From positions 14,322,001 to 14,386,000 of the forward strand of contig JBHGNT010000008.1 in the NCBI GenBank assembly GCA_043228905.1: a DNA stretch of 64,000 nucleotides, in the 5' to 3' direction. Position 1 is the first letter of the stretch; every line of letters begins with the position of its first letter. Both the position numbers and the translations under genes were made by a program. Positions 23,775 to 37,437 of the stretch are shown one piece after another. Under the pieces are notes generated by a model, which was not told the origin of the DNA, ran no database searches, and saw only the letters and a program-made list of their open reading frames with translations. This stretch comes from Azolla caroliniana (lineage: Eukaryota > Plantae > Polypodiophyta).

Positions 23775-26700
23775 CCTATGAGCAACTGACACTGACTCCC
23801 AAAAATATGCCTACGTACTAGGCTAGATTCATAGGCCTCTAATGGCCTACCAGTTACAATCTGATCCGGCTCCTAGTTCCGGACACCGATCCAGCTTTGG
23901 CTTGTTCAAGCAATCCGGATCCAGTTGAGCTTGTCCGCTCAACACTCCCCCTCAAGCTCAACTTGAGGTCGAATCGTAGTGTCAGTGTTTGTGTCTGCCA
24001 GTCCTTTCGTCCAGCTCCACCTGGCATCCTCCCGTCTGGTTCGCACTCCTTGTCCAGTCTCATTCCTCTTTTCACGACCCATCCAGTCCCGCATACGTCG
24101 ACCTTCTCGGTCGTCTTGTCTGTTCGTAAGGCCCATCTCAGTTCCTTTGTCATTGTGACTTTGGCACTTCTCGACCCGTCGGTACCTCCATGTCGATGTC
24201 GACTTCCCCTGCCTTCTTGTCCATTTGGCCTTTAGTTGATACGGCTCCTTTGAATCAAGCACAGCTTCCGAATTGGATGACTCTGATTCGGTTCAGCTCT
24301 TGTCTGAATTGGCTATCTCCAATTCGTCCTCAATCTTCAGGCCCTTTACCACATCAGACCACGTCCCGGTCTTGGCTCTGTCCTTGACTCTGCCGCCATC
24401 ACTGCTTGTTCCTACTTTATTGGAGGTGTTGACTTCTTTAGTGGACTCAACTTCCTTTTTCTTCTTCTTGTCTCCCCCTATCTCTCCAACTCTTTGTCCG
24501 GTGTCATCACCTATTTCCCCAGCTTCCATTCCGGTTCTCCCCGTATCAGTCCCGGTTCTCCCCCCTCAAGTGCGGCATGTCGAGATGCTGAAGACCAAGC
24601 ATGTCCGAAAAATGTTGCAACTTGTTCATGTCGAGAGATTTGGTGATGATGTCGGCAACCTGCCGATCTGTCCTAACATACACGAGTTCTACTTCACCAC
24701 TAAGGACCCGCTCACCCACAAAGTGGTAATGCACTCAGTCGATTTCAGCAAGTCCGATATCGTGATGTTTCTAACACAGTGTGTGAAACCACCATAAAAA
24801 AGAAGTAAAATAGTAGTTCAAATAAACTAGTATTGTGAACTCAACTTTATTGGTAGCAAAAAAACTTTTTCATTTTCCAAAGATAATTCCTTATAAATAA
24901 AAGGTGAAAGGATTGAAACTTACTATAAATAATGATGAATATTAAGTTAGAGGTGGTTTTCAAAAGCAGAGAAAAAGATGGGGCTAGAAAACTGAAATAG
25001 TGAGGAAAAGAAAAGTCGACTCATATAGACAAGCTTTGTTTTAGGGGAAAAAGGCAAGCAATCCTAAACCTATAAATAAGAGCCTATTCTAGTGACATCG
25101 AGAGGCATCATCAACAAAGAATTGCCTTCTTCTTTCCTCCACCTCTCTTCCCCCTTCCTTTATAAATTATCTCTCATATTCATATCAAACCCGTTGTAAA
25201 ATTTATTCTTATTTTATAAAAGAATCTATTATATTGTAATAAACTAATGTTTGGTTCCACCTACGTGCCTTGTGTGTCTTGTGACAAGGGAGCGTTTCGG
25301 GCTTGCCCATGCACCTCTCTTTTCACAAAGGCATTCGAAACTTTGTCTCTCGTGTGTGTAAGTAAGCCTTTTCCTTGTGTGTCCGTGTGTAAGCCTTCCT
25401 CACGTGCATTCGTTTGCCTTGTGACTAGGGGTTGATTCGGCCTTGCCCATGCAATTCTCCTTTCACAAACACGTTCGAATACTCGTGCCTTGTTTGTGTA
25501 AGACTTCCTTATGGTGTGCGTGTGAGCCCTATTTCCTTCCCGTCCATAACCCCAGCGGTTCCGCCTCGCAATCCGCACATAGTGACAGATTTTCACGACA
25601 CCAAGTCCGGTGATGACAAGATCATCTACATATAACATGATACATACCAGACCATTCCAGATGAACAGTGAAGGGTCCGACTTCGGGGTCGCAAACCCCA
25701 TCTTAAGCAACCGGTGCATGATCTTCTAATTCCAAGAACGGGGAGCATGACTGAAATACGGGGGGTTGGATCATTTAGACATGTTCTTCAAGATCTCCTT
25801 GAAGAAACGTATTCTTCACGTCGATTTGGTGAAGATGCCACCCCCTTGCCACAGCCACCGCTAGCACCACACGAATCGTCATCATCTTCGCTAATGGAGC
25901 GAAGGTCTCGTCATAGTCGATTCCGTGAGTCTGTGTGTATCCTTTGGCCACTAACCAGGCCTTATACCAGTTGACTGAACCGTCAACATTATAGTTGACC
26001 TTGTACACCCACTTGCAACCGATCGGTTTGCAATGTCGGGGAGGGTCAACCAGGTCCCATGTGTCACTGGCATCAAGTGCCCGCATCTCTTCCTCCATAG
26101 CGGCACACCAATGTGCATCCCTTGTCGCTTATACGTAGCTCTCTAGCTCTCGCACTTCCGCCAATTTCATCATGTACGAATAGTGATGTGCCATGTACTC
26201 ATTATAACCATACCGTTTGACAGGGTTCTTATGGCGGGTGGATCAACGTAACTTCTGCCCTCTTGGCCGAATCAGACTTCGTCTCCAAAGGTCCGTGTTC
26301 GTTCTATCCGAAGTCAGATTCGGTCCTATCCGACTTGTCTCTGTTGGTGTCATATTCATGCATCTTCTTCTTCCCTTTTTCCTTGCATGTGAATCATCTC
26401 CTTGGTTCCTTACATGGGGAGAGCACAACCGAGTCTTCGCTGCTCGTCGGCTCATCATCTTGTTGGTCCTTCCGAATCATCCCTTCATTCAACCCGCTCA
26501 GCCAAAATGAGATCGGATTGTCATTTAAAGTACTGAATTCTTCTTCATCTTCTGCCCGGATCGTTTCAAGCTCACTGGCCTCATCCTCTGGAATCGGATC
26601 AGGGTCGGACATCAGAGCTGGTAGAGAGTACGATTATGTCGACTCATCAAATTCGACATCTTGGCTCACTCGAACTTGTTTTGTTCGGGGGTTATAGCAC

Positions 26701-29423
26701 TTATAACCCATTTTCTCATGTGAGTAGCCGACAAGGATGCACTTCTCCAACTTCGGGTCCAGCTTTCTCCGCTTCTCATCCAGCACATGTAGATATGCAA
26801 TGCTACCAAATACCTTAACGTGTCTTAGATTTGGCTTCCGCCCGAAATAAAACTCATCTAATGACATCTTATCCCCGATCCGGTTTTGAATGAAAACGGC
26901 CGTCCGGACCACTTTGGCCCAGTAGAACTTGGGCATGCTCTTCTCCTCCAGCATTGTCAGTGCCATTTTTGACAATCGACCGGTTCTTTCTTTCGGCCAC
27001 ACTGTTTTGTTCCGGTGTGTATCTATAGTTGAATTGTCTCTGAATTCCCATATGTTGTTGATAATTGTTGAATTGGCCGGAAAAGTATTATTTTCCGCCA
27101 TCCGACCGCAGGCACTTGATCTTCCTCTCCGTTTCCTATTCGACAAGACTTTGCAAGTTTCGGAAACAGTCAAAGACTTCGCTTTTCTTCTCTATGAGAT
27201 AGATCCATGTGTGCCAGTTGTAGTCGTCGATGAAGGAGACGAAATATCTGCTCCTACCAAGACTAATGTTCTGTATCAGTCCCCATACATCCGAATGTAT
27301 CAAGTCGAGCTTGTTAGGGCTCTGGTTTCTTTCGGTGGGAAACGGAAGCTGGTGTTGCTTCCTGAGCTGGCAGGCTTCACAAATTTGGGCCTTCACGCCA
27401 TTGAATTTCGGCAATCCGAAAAGAACTTGTTTCGATTGTAAGTCATGCCTGAAACCTCTGTTAGTTGACGTGGCTGATCCGCTTGTGCTAGAGATTGATG
27501 TCTGATTCAATCTTCTGTCCTATGGCAAACAAGGTGGTGCCAACGTCATTGGTGTCAAGGATAAACATCCTCCCGTCTTGGTGCCCTTGCGTGATGATCT
27601 AGCCCTCTTCCTCAATGAAGCACCCGAGGTGCGTAAACCGTACCTGCATCCCCTAGTCGATGATCTGACCGACCGACACCAGGTTCTTTGTGATTGTTGG
27701 GACATGAAGCACGTTCATAAGCTTCCCCTTTTGTCTGACATGACTCAGGGGAACTTCTCTAACATGCGCGATCAGGTGAGGAGTGTCATCTCCAGTTTCG
27801 ACAACTCCCTATTGCTCCGGCTTTTCCATAAATGAGAACCACTCTTCATAGCTCTTCATGTGGTTAGACCCGGCTAGAGTCAACGTACCACACTTCTTCC
27901 GATCCGGAAGTGGTCTTCTTCATTGAGTTCGCCTTATGTTTCATCACGAAGGTTGGCCCTTTTCCGGTCTTACCGGCTCCAAATCCTTCTGATCCCTCGA
28001 CGTAGTGTGAGCTTTGTCGGTTCCCTTGTCCGGCCTTGCAGGATCCGGATTTATCCGAATCAGCGCACTTCTTCCAACACTCACTCTCATGGTGGCCTTT
28101 CTTGCCACAGTGCCATCATTCCGTGTCGGCCTTCCCTTGCTGGTTTCCAACGCCGCTTTGACTCCCCCTGCTCCTGGAAGGTCCGGAACTATTGTCGGCA
28201 CTATCTTTGTGCCTCCAATTCTGCTCTTGCCAACCGCCTCCATTGCGTGCCGACCCACCTCGTCCCCCATGCCCACGAGGCCGATCCACCTCCGTTTACA
28301 ACATTTGGTTGTCCGATTTAGTGGTCCTTGACCCACTCGTGTGGTTTTCTTCGACCATGAGCATCGATTGCAAGTCGAAGAAGGACGGTGGCTTCTCCTA
28401 GGTGCAAATTGCAGTTTGGATTGGCCTGTACCGTTGTGCTAGAACACCAAGGCAGATCTAGACCATCTCCTCCTCATCCACCATCACATTGATGGATCCG
28501 AGCACATCCCAAATCTCCTTGATCTTGGTGGTGTAGTTGGTGACCGACATGTCTCATTGCCGGATATTGTTGAGCTCTTGCTAGAGCTGCAACTTCTGAG
28601 TCGTGGTTCTTGTAGCGAAAATCTTCCAAAGATTTTCCCAGACCTCCTTCGATGATTTTGCATCTCTGATGTAGCCAAGCATCTGGTTGTGCACACAGGA
28701 CGCGAGGCAGTACAACACTCTACTCGCTCCTTGCACCCATACCGGGAAGTCCTAGTGTGCGGCGCTGCTTCATTCGCTTCTTCCACGTAGCTCCAGTATC
28801 CATGCCCCAGCAAATACTAGTGCATTTTATACAACCAGGACGTGTAGTTGCTCCAGTCAAACTTTTCTGTTGGAAGCGAGCTCGCCATGCTTTTGTCCAT
28901 ACCTTCCTTCTAGTTCTTTATCAAGTGTTAAGGTTTGTCTTCTGAAAACGCTTGTCAACGGAGGTTCTCAACCCTTGCGCTCTGATACCATGTGAAAATT
29001 AATGTGCAGAAACTTTGACAAAACCAGTTACACCGGATAGCAAAAGAGAATAAACACAAGTTTAATGGAAGCTTAGAATACACAGTTCACGGGAGAGACA
29101 AAGAGAGCAGAATAGCTTAAACTCAATTCCAAACAATAACACTCTGTACATACAAATGTCCTACATAACACTTTTTATACAAGTCCTTAAGAGTACAGAA
29201 AAGTACTTCAATGCTCATATGAGCGACTGACACTAACTCCGAAAAATATGCCTACGTACTAGGCTAGATTCGTAGGCCTCTAACGGCGTACCGGTTACAA
29301 TCTGATCTGACTCTCCAATCCGGCTCCTGGTTCCGGACACCGGTCCGGTTCTTCATTTCAAACTCCAATTCAGCTCTAGCTTGTTCAACCAATCTGGATC
29401 CGGTTGAGCTTGTCCGCTCAACA
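23775..29423 (-). mobile_element. Ty1/Copia element, decayed: 5' LTR 28991-29423, PBS 28979-28990, PPT ~23944-23953, 3' LTR split
   Basis: tRNA-iMet PBS; gag-PR-INT-RT-RH remnants; TSD AAGGA. Confidence 0.92.
24758..25600 (+). mobile_element. Solo LTR of the TGTCGTG...CACGACA group, 4-bp TSD CCGA/CCAA
   Basis: Interrupts Copia RT; TATCGTGA...TCACGACA ends; TATAAATA near 25071. Confidence 0.85.
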
Positions 29424-30429
29424 AAGGACATTACTAATGAAAGCTGCAATTGAAAGTTCATATTGTGACTATGATAGAAATTTTAGAAACTAATGGCTTG
29501 GTCAAAGATGTATGGAAAGCATAGTCAAAGATGATGAAATATTAGGCATTGTATCAAAGTATGATACTTACACTCCAGAATTGTTTGGGGAAAATGACAT
29601 AGTCAACTAGTCTCACCTTTACCCCAACATCTCGTCTCACATTGACGTGAATGTGAATTAAGTGGTATCAAAGCATTGGTTCGGATTGCGTGCAATGGAA
29701 GGGACTAGATAACATATATTGATGTGTGGGGTTAACTCGTTTGGCAAAGAATATTGTATCGTTTTTAGTTGGGTGTAACATATGTAATATGGTGTATTAA
29801 GCATGAGTCTCCAAGTTTTTTCTACATCATTATACCACTTTTCCGTTTCTTGAATCGAACCAGAATAAATAAAATTGTTTTTGGGTGTCTCTTGAATCTT
29901 TTTTGCTTGTTTCTCAAGTTATTTTAAGAAGTTAATGTGAGGGACTTTTTTGAACCTTAAGGCATGTAAGCAACAACCTTTTTTAAGGCCATGATTATCA
30001 ATGGGAAGTGATCTCATCTCTAGATGTAGGGTGTATTGCTTTTGTTTCTTGACGTGGAGAAACTTTGAAAGAAAATGTTTTTGGACATTTTCAAACTCTT
30101 CCAATGGATTCAAGGATGCAATCACCCCAAACGTCGACCCTCATGGAGAAGCGTTAATGTCACCAAGTGTTGAAAATGTATTCCTTGAGGACCTAACATT
30201 TAATTTCTCGACCATGGCATGTGTTCTCAAATGCGTAGTACGTTGTCTTACGTGCCTCTAAGAAACCGATAACACATTCATTCTATCTATAATTTGAGAA
30301 GGCCAAGGTACTCAGATCTTTCCACGGTTTCAAGTGACTCATTATTGTATATAATTCATGGTTTATCTTGTTTGTTATTGTTCACAAGCATAATCTTCAT
30401 TTTAGAGCTATTGACATCCAACTTAGTAT
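29424..30429 (-). mobile_element. RTE/RTEX-like LINE 3' fragment
   Basis: FENVQKHFLSKFLHVKK and SHSRQCETRCWG-like remnants typical of an RTEX ORF2 C-terminus. Confidence 0.65.
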
Positions 30430-30962
30430 TAGCAATGGGCCCAGTTTCGGCTCAAACCGAGCCAAACCGAAAAACCGTGGCTTCAGAGATAAATAAACGT
30501 TTTGGTTTGGTTTGGTTTGGTTTGGTTTGGTTTGGTTTCAAATGTTACTAATCGACTTCAATTCGGTTCAGTTTTGAATTTACTAGTTTATCGATTTATA
30601 GGCTTATCGATTTCTGTTTATGTGGTTCAGTTTAAAGGTTTAAAGGTTTATAGGTTTATAGGTTTATAGGTTTATAGGTTTATAGGTTAAAAAATACTCA
30701 CAAATATTCTCTATAGGCTCTAACTTTCAACTTTTAATTTTAAACTCTTGTTTTAACTTATTAAATTTTATATGTATTATATGTAGAGTCTCCTTTTCAT
30801 TTATGATGATCAATTATGATAAGTAGGATTATTAAATTTATGATAAGTATAATGATCAAATTTATGATCAATATGATGACCAAATTTATGATGATTTTCT
30901 CACACAAATTTATAATAAGTATGATGATTAATATCAATAAAAAATAGTTTGGTTTGGTTTTG
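30430..30962. mobile_element. Truncated copy of the hAT-type MITE
   Basis: Starts with TIR TAGCAATGGGCCC; inverted homologue of ~37570-38373. Confidence 0.85.
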
Positions 30963-33104
30963 ATTTTTGATACTTGAAGAGTGACAAGATGATCAATGGT
31001 ATTATGGTGTTTTCAAAAGCCAAGTTGTCCATCATAAGCCCACTAAACATTTTTTTCATCCCATCACTTAGCATCAATTCCATTATGCATCTAAATAACT
31101 TTGTCATGAGTCAATCATGATTGTTCAATAATTATTTACATTGCTTACATCTTCCCCTTTATATAAAGATTTGATCCAATTTATACTCAAATACAAGGCA
31201 TGTCTATGTTGCAATGTATGATTAAACATATCCTTATCCGTGCACGCATTTCCTTTCCCATTCATTTAAGCATTTCAACCTTTATACATTAAATATCTCA
31301 TGGCTTTCAAACTGCTAATTTCTTAAACCATATGCATTTATCTTCAATTGTCAAGAAGAAAGGTATATGTGAAAGAGAACCATAACACATCATCTTGCCA
31401 ACATTTGATTAATCAATAAGTTCTCAAAACAGTCCATAAGAGTTAAGGTACAATAACTCTCCAACACATTTTCCCTTTGAGTTTTGGTGTTTACCAACCC
31501 CATGTGTTGGTGCACAAAGAATGTATTTATAGTTTACATATTTAGCCTAGATTGTTTGCATCACGCCTAAAAATAAATAATTGTCGTCCAAAGTGAACAA
31601 ACAGCCTTTACACCCAATAAACACAATATCCATTATTTGCTTTAGTGAGTTTAGTTAACATCATAAAGGTAACTAGATTTTGCATTTGTATTGGGATAGT
31701 ATAATATATGAGTGTCAATCTCAATTTAGAAATCGCATTCATCCTTTGATTGACTTGTTTGGAGCCTTTTTTCATTGAGGTGATAGCCTTATTGTTGATG
31801 GCAACATTTTTAAGTATAATCTTTTCAAAAAATTGTTTATGTTGACATGAAAAATAAACAATGTAATCCTTTCGGGAATCATTGATTATTGACTTTCAAT
31901 ATTTATACAATCAGACTAGTGCTTTTCAGTGTGTAGAATATAGGGTTGTGGGAATCGTAATAGATGCCCCCCAAAATCTAAGCTATTCTTAATTTATCTT
32001 AGTCAAGATCACCAATAAAATTTTGACATGTAATTTCAGCTTAGATCATGCTTGAAAATTTGCAAATTGTTCTCCACTAAATAATATATGTAAGTATCAT
32101 ATTAAAATTCTGCTTAGGTGAAACCATTAAAGGCATCACACATGGAAAGCTTGGCTAAGGTGAAACCATTAAAGCCATCAAAAAATTATGAGGTAGACCA
32201 AGACTTTATTAAATGAGCCTCTCCTTTAATTTCAGGCAGAAACTCAAAAGCAAAAAATTTCCTGTAATAAGATTCTTGCTTTGATACCACAAAGAAAGTC
32301 AGACATGAAATTTCTCAACGAGTGATCCCATTATAAGAACACATACCTTATGTATATTCTTAACAAGAAGTTTCTGAATAGCGTTTTAGACAGAAGATAA
32401 CTTGGCCATATCTAGTAATGTTAACAAATATTCTATGATGTTTATATAAACCCACAATTCACAATATCTTTCTCGATGATAACTTCAATTTACTGAGATC
32501 CATATTGATTTCTGGAGTACTTGAACAAAGAGTATGCAATAGAGGAGCATTGTCGGGGAAGAGAAGTAAACAAATACAAAAAGCTCATTATATGCGATCC
32601 ATTGTTTATAAAACAGCAAAGTTATATTGCAAATATCAGTACAAGCACACACTAGTTCCTTTCAAAGAAAGCAAGCAAAACACATATAGATGAAATATGA
32701 TGAAATGTAGTTTTCCTGTCTTTTGCTTTTGCAACCAAACTTGGTTTGCAATGCTTTTCAAAAGGAATTTTGGAAAGTAAACAAATGTCCTCGCCTATGT
32801 CTCGAGCATATTTCTTAATACACCTTTGACCAAAACATACACTTACATGAAAAATAAGTGTTTCTGCTTCTACACAAACTTGAGGTATAATATGCCCTAA
32901 GGCTCATTTGAGTACAAGGTTTCAATACGAGCCTCTTCTCTGTACAGTAACAACAGCAAAATGCGTCTTCCTCATGCACTAGAAACAAAGAAAGAAAAGC
33001 CATTAAAATTAGTACTCGATGGGAAACGGATATATGTATATATATATATATCACAACCAAAAAGGAATTCAATCCTCTCCAGATAGATAGATATATATAT
33101 ATAT

Positions 33105-34301
33105 CTAAAACGAGTTCATTTCCAAACGGTAGGTTCGCCGCATCGATAAAGCTTGAGCTGCAGTTCTATAAGGCTCTTCAAATGCTCCTGCCATGAATCC
33201 ATCTCCATCTTTCCGAATAGGATGTTGCTCATTCGGTTTTATGGAGACTAAAGTAGCTCCTTTTAATCCATTCCCGCCTGGAAGCTCCATATACGGAGCA
33301 TACCAAAGCTTCATATTCAATGCTGGAACTTGTGTTCTATTAGCTGATGCAGAAGCTGCGAGGGGTTTCCTCTTAAACTCTTCTAATTGATCCTTATTCA
33401 TGCATAGCATTCCTTGCCCATCTGTGTCGGTCAGAGTAAGACTAGTCAATGTGGGATGCTCGCTTATGATTTGTTGCAAAAGATAATGTCTTGCCGATGC
33501 TGCAATCAAGGAGCTTATTGTCCACACTACTCGAAGCTTCAGCCCACCATTAGTATAGAATGATTCAGGTAGGCTATCCCCATCCTCCTCATTCAGAGTA
33601 TTATCGTTGCTCTCTTCATTCGATAACAACAAGCTATCACTTGCTTCTTGTGAAAGCCTGTCTTCATATCTACCTTGTAAGAACCATGGTCTTCCGAATT
33701 CAAACTTCCCAGGCTTCTTTTCATTGTATGTTTCTGGTTTGACTACTGAAGTTGCACCTAGAATCACACAGCTTTCGAGTGTGCTACCAAACTCTGCCTT
33801 CCATTTCAATAAGACTCCGTCTTCAACACCCAACTCTCCTCCCGGGAGCTCAATCCTTAGTTTCTGAATAGCTTTAAAATTCTTTAGAACCTCTCCCGGA
33901 GAATGATGTGAGACAGCAGCAAGCATAGCTTTCCTTGGACCTAACATATGTTGCAATGCTTGCAATGGTTTTGAAAGGCTTCCTACCACAAACTGGACTA
34001 GATGACCAAATATGCCTCTCCCTCTAACATTCAGACCACTATCTTCTGCTGATATTACACAATCAACCTTTACTGTGACGCTTTCTACCATTGGTACAAG
34101 AGCGTAGAACCTCTTGGAAACTACTGTGCATCTTCCAAGAACCTTGATCTCTGAAACAAGATTCAAAATGTGAAGGACAATGGAGTCATGGAGCATTTCA
34201 AAAGGATCCGATTCACCATCGGAGCTCCAAGAGGGCGTCATGACCATCTGAGAATGATGATGCATCAACTGATCTTCTGATTCTACCTGTTTCCCCTCCA
34301 T
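33105..34301 (-). CDS. F-box protein, At1g30200/At4g18380/At5g46170 (AUF1-like) family, ~398 aa, single coding exon
   Basis: Intact ORF; F-box DPFEMLHDSIVLHIL..LGRCTVVSKRF; family motifs VKVDCVIS, HHSP.EVLKNF, ESFYTNGGLKLRVVWTISSLIAASARHYLL and C-terminal LEMNSF. The start at MEGK is inferred. Confidence 0.93.
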   Translation of the reverse strand: MEGKQVESEDQLMHHHSQMVMTPSWSSDGESDPFEMLHDSIVLHILNLVSEIKVLGRCTVVSKRFYALVPMVESVTVKVDCVISAEDSGLNVRGRGIFGHLVQFVVGSLSKPLQALQHMLGPRKAMLAAVSHHSPGEVLKNFKAIQKLRIELPGGELGVEDGVLLKWKAEFGSTLESCVILGATSVVKPETYNEKKPGKFEFGRPWFLQGRYEDRLSQEASDSLLLSNEESNDNTLNEEDGDSLPESFYTNGGLKLRVVWTISSLIAASARHYLLQQIISEHPTLTSLTLTDTDGQGMLCMNKDQLEEFKRKPLAASASANRTQVPALNMKLWYAPYMELPGGNGLKGATLVSIKPNEQHPIRKDGDGFMAGAFEEPYRTAAQALSMRRTYRLEMNSF

Positions 34302-34445
34302 ACGAAGGATCTCTCTACTTTTGAGACCAACTTTAGATGAGAACAAACATGGCCCATACCAATACTGCCCACATTCAGACCAATCTTTCAGTGGTACCTT
34401 GTAAATATTAGTAAAACCACAACTGTTCTTAAGAGATACGTAGAA

Positions 34446-35438
34446 CTGCAATGACAAATCTGAAGTTTCGGAAAGTTACATAGATCTCCAAACACCCTGA
34501 AAAAATTGGAACAGCGCATTAAAACTCAAGTAGAGCCCATCAATTCCGTGTATGTTTGGCATTCCTAGGGATCACAGAATACATCAAACAAATGCCATAC
34601 CTCTGACCATACCTCTGAGAGGACTTTGTAAATCTGGTTCAAAAAACACAAATACAAAGGAATATGGAGTCTCCACAAAATATATAAACAGAAACGCAGA
34701 GGCCAATCTCAAAAATGTCGGCAGAGGTTTAAAGTAGCATTAGAGCTAGAACAGAATCTATGGATTCCAAGTTATCAGGTTTATAAACACCAAAAAAGAG
34801 CAGTTTTGTAAAACAGGAAAAGATCAAACAAATATTTACTTTCAATCTCATATATTGCAGAAAGTTTCCATAGCTTTGCTAGAATTCATAAATCGAGTTC
34901 GAAAACATCCAATACGACAAAATGTGAAGAGACTTCAGGACATATATATATATATATGAACTTATAATTTAGAGCCGGAGTGTACAAAATCTATGCTCTA
35001 AAACTGACATGAAGGGGTATAAAAAGGCTCCCAGAAACTCTCAAGTTTTAGATTGGGTTATTAAAGCTTCGAACAGAGGCCACATGTGATTTTTTGAAAA
35101 ATAGGGTTAGGGTTAAGAAACAGAGAAAACAAGGGGTTCTGCTACGGGGGAAACAAAGGAATTTCTAAACAGAGAAATACAGGATTTTGTTTTGGCAGAA
35201 CAGACTGGAAAAGATCAGACTAACCTTTAAATTTCACTGTACCTCCTCAATCTCTGCCATGACTTTGCGTTCCCTTATAAATATAGTTCAGAAAAAGGGA
35301 CGGAATCAGCATCACCCACAGAAGGAATATGAAGAGCTCAGACAATATCAAGAAGCTGAATAAAAAGACCCAAAATTCAGGATGCTAGATAAGGCTCCCA
35401 AAGCCCTAAAATTTTGGATCGGAGTAGAATAGAGCCGC

Positions 35439-35533
<95 letters not shown>

Positions 35534-35678
35534 TGCCTCTGTGTCTGTGTGTGTTCTGAAGATTTAGGGTTTCAGAAAGCACAGAGAAAACGTGGGTGTT
35601 CTTTGTTGCGAGAAGGAAAAAAGGGGGAAAAAAAACCAAAAATGGGCTTCTCAGAGGAAGGGAGAAAAGGAGACAAAC
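34446..35678 (-). other. Putative 5' UTR intron of the F-box gene
   Basis: Donor-like AAG|GTTTGT at 35678 and acceptor-like TTGTCATTGCAG| at 34446; T-rich on the sense strand; an alternative acceptor lies near 34497. Confidence 0.45.
35441..35530. repeat. (GT)n microsatellite, ~45 units
   Basis: Direct reading. Confidence 0.98.
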
Positions 35679-35822
35679 CTTTGTGTGTCTTATCTCTTGC
35701 AGGAGGAGGGGGAGGAGGAGGGGAGGTGGGATCGCCATAGCCTTTTGCTTTTTAAGCGTTTGCTTGACTTTGTGTGAATCTGGGTTCAAATCTGCCATTA
35801 CCCGAGCACCATCTCTTCAGAC

Positions 35823-35939
35823 TTCTGTCCTGCTCTGTCCTGCTCTGTTCTGTTCTGTTCTGTTCTGTTCTGTTTTGCTCTGTTCTGCCCTGTTCTGCTC
35901 TGTTCCTTTCTATCTATCTACATATAAATAAATAGATAC

Positions 35940-35970
<31 letters not shown>

Positions 35971-35976
35971 TAGATA
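35823..35976. repeat. (TTCTG/CTCTG)n followed by (ATAG)n microsatellites upstream of the F-box gene
   Basis: Direct reading. Confidence 0.9.
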
Positions 35977-36571
35977 ACACACTTCACATAACAATATGTA
36001 CATACACATTTATCTACATATATGTATGTATGTTTTGCTCTCTCCCATTCATAGACTTCTGGCCGCCTTCTCGATCATTTAATTCCCTTCTAAACAATTT
36101 CTTCTTCTTTGTCCTTTCTTTCTTGCTCCTTTTCTTTTTGTTCATTTTTACCTTTCTACTGTCTTTTGCGCCCGCGCTTCTCAATCACCCCCCCCGCTCG
36201 CTTGAAAAAAGAACCACACTGTCGTCGACAGGCCCCCTCCAGATCGGCATATGTTTCTGACGTATCCATCAGAGATCGAATCGTGTCGAGCCGAGGTAAT
36301 ATTTGTAGAGAGTGAGAGAGGGAGAGAGGGAGGCAGATGGAGATGCAGTTTATCATCATCATCTGCTATGGTGTGAACCACCATGCCCAGCAAGCAGCCA
36401 TAGGAAAAGGGAGAATGGAATAGATTTTTATTGTTTGGTGTCCAAGATAGACAAACAGATAAATAGATAAATAATATCTTTTATCATTCAAAAGAGACCG
36501 ATTGCGATTTACGAGACGAGGCCTAGCCCATGGCAAGGATGGACCCTAGGTTCTCTCAATTTCATGAATTT

Positions 36572-36982
36572 GAGAGAGAGAATTAGAATTTTTATCGTCC
36601 ATAAAGAGGCCAAATTTGACCTATGGGACCAGAGTATTCATGTGTTCTTGATATATGTCTCCTTCCTAAGAAGGGGTATTCATACGTTGAAGCACAAAGT
36701 CTTTATGTATTAGTAAAGCATACACATATGAGCTCAACCTTCTAGGTGATGTCTTAAGTATGGCATTTAAGTTATCACTCGCTCTTAGTATGTCAGCATA
36801 TCTTGAACTAATTGCACTATATGTCGAGCATGTGAAGAGTAAGCGACATTCATCCTCTACCATGCCTTCATTGCATACTTTACATGTCTTCAAATTCGTT
36901 ACATTTTCATACTATGATGCAACTTCAATACCTAATTTGTGAGATCGAGTGTGAAGTAGTGTAAGGGCTCTATGAGCATTAC
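36572..36982 (-). mobile_element. 5'-truncated RTEX-like LINE 3' end, flanked by (GA)n
   Basis: SHKLGIEV...CKVCNEGMVEDECRLLFTC zinc-finger-like tail; (GA)n at 36572-36581 and 36983-37024. Confidence 0.75.
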
Positions 36983-37027
<45 letters not shown>

Positions 37028-37437
37028 GAGTAGTCTATCAACGAGTCATTGAAGTCTCAAATCAATAGTTCCAAGGGAACCACAATGAGGTATTCATCGG
37101 GGTTCTTGCTCCAAAACCAATAACACTTTCTCCACAAAGGGAAGAACTGCATTCTGATAGATATTTTTTCATTCATGGTGAAGCCAAATTTGATCTCTAG
37201 AACCAAATCAACATTTCATTCATGCCCAGTATGTGATGGGCTTGTCCGAGTTCCTTCATCGCAAACTTGTCGTGAAGGCTCCGCTTGAGCTTTCCGATTT
37301 CTACTTGATTGCTTCCTACAATCAGCATGTTGTCGACATATAGGATCAGATAAATCCTAGACTCGTCAACTAGTTGCCAAATGTACATACATGGGTCGAA
37401 GTCTGATCGGTGATATCCAAGCTGCCTGATGTGGGAG

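Noticed and set aside
34302-34457. N-terminal 52 aa extension of the F-box ORF
   Set aside because: It starts at a non-ATG codon inside a likely splice acceptor; the first in-frame ATG is at 34301
35406-35931. ORFs with HT/VC/LFCSV repeats
   Set aside because: Translations of microsatellites
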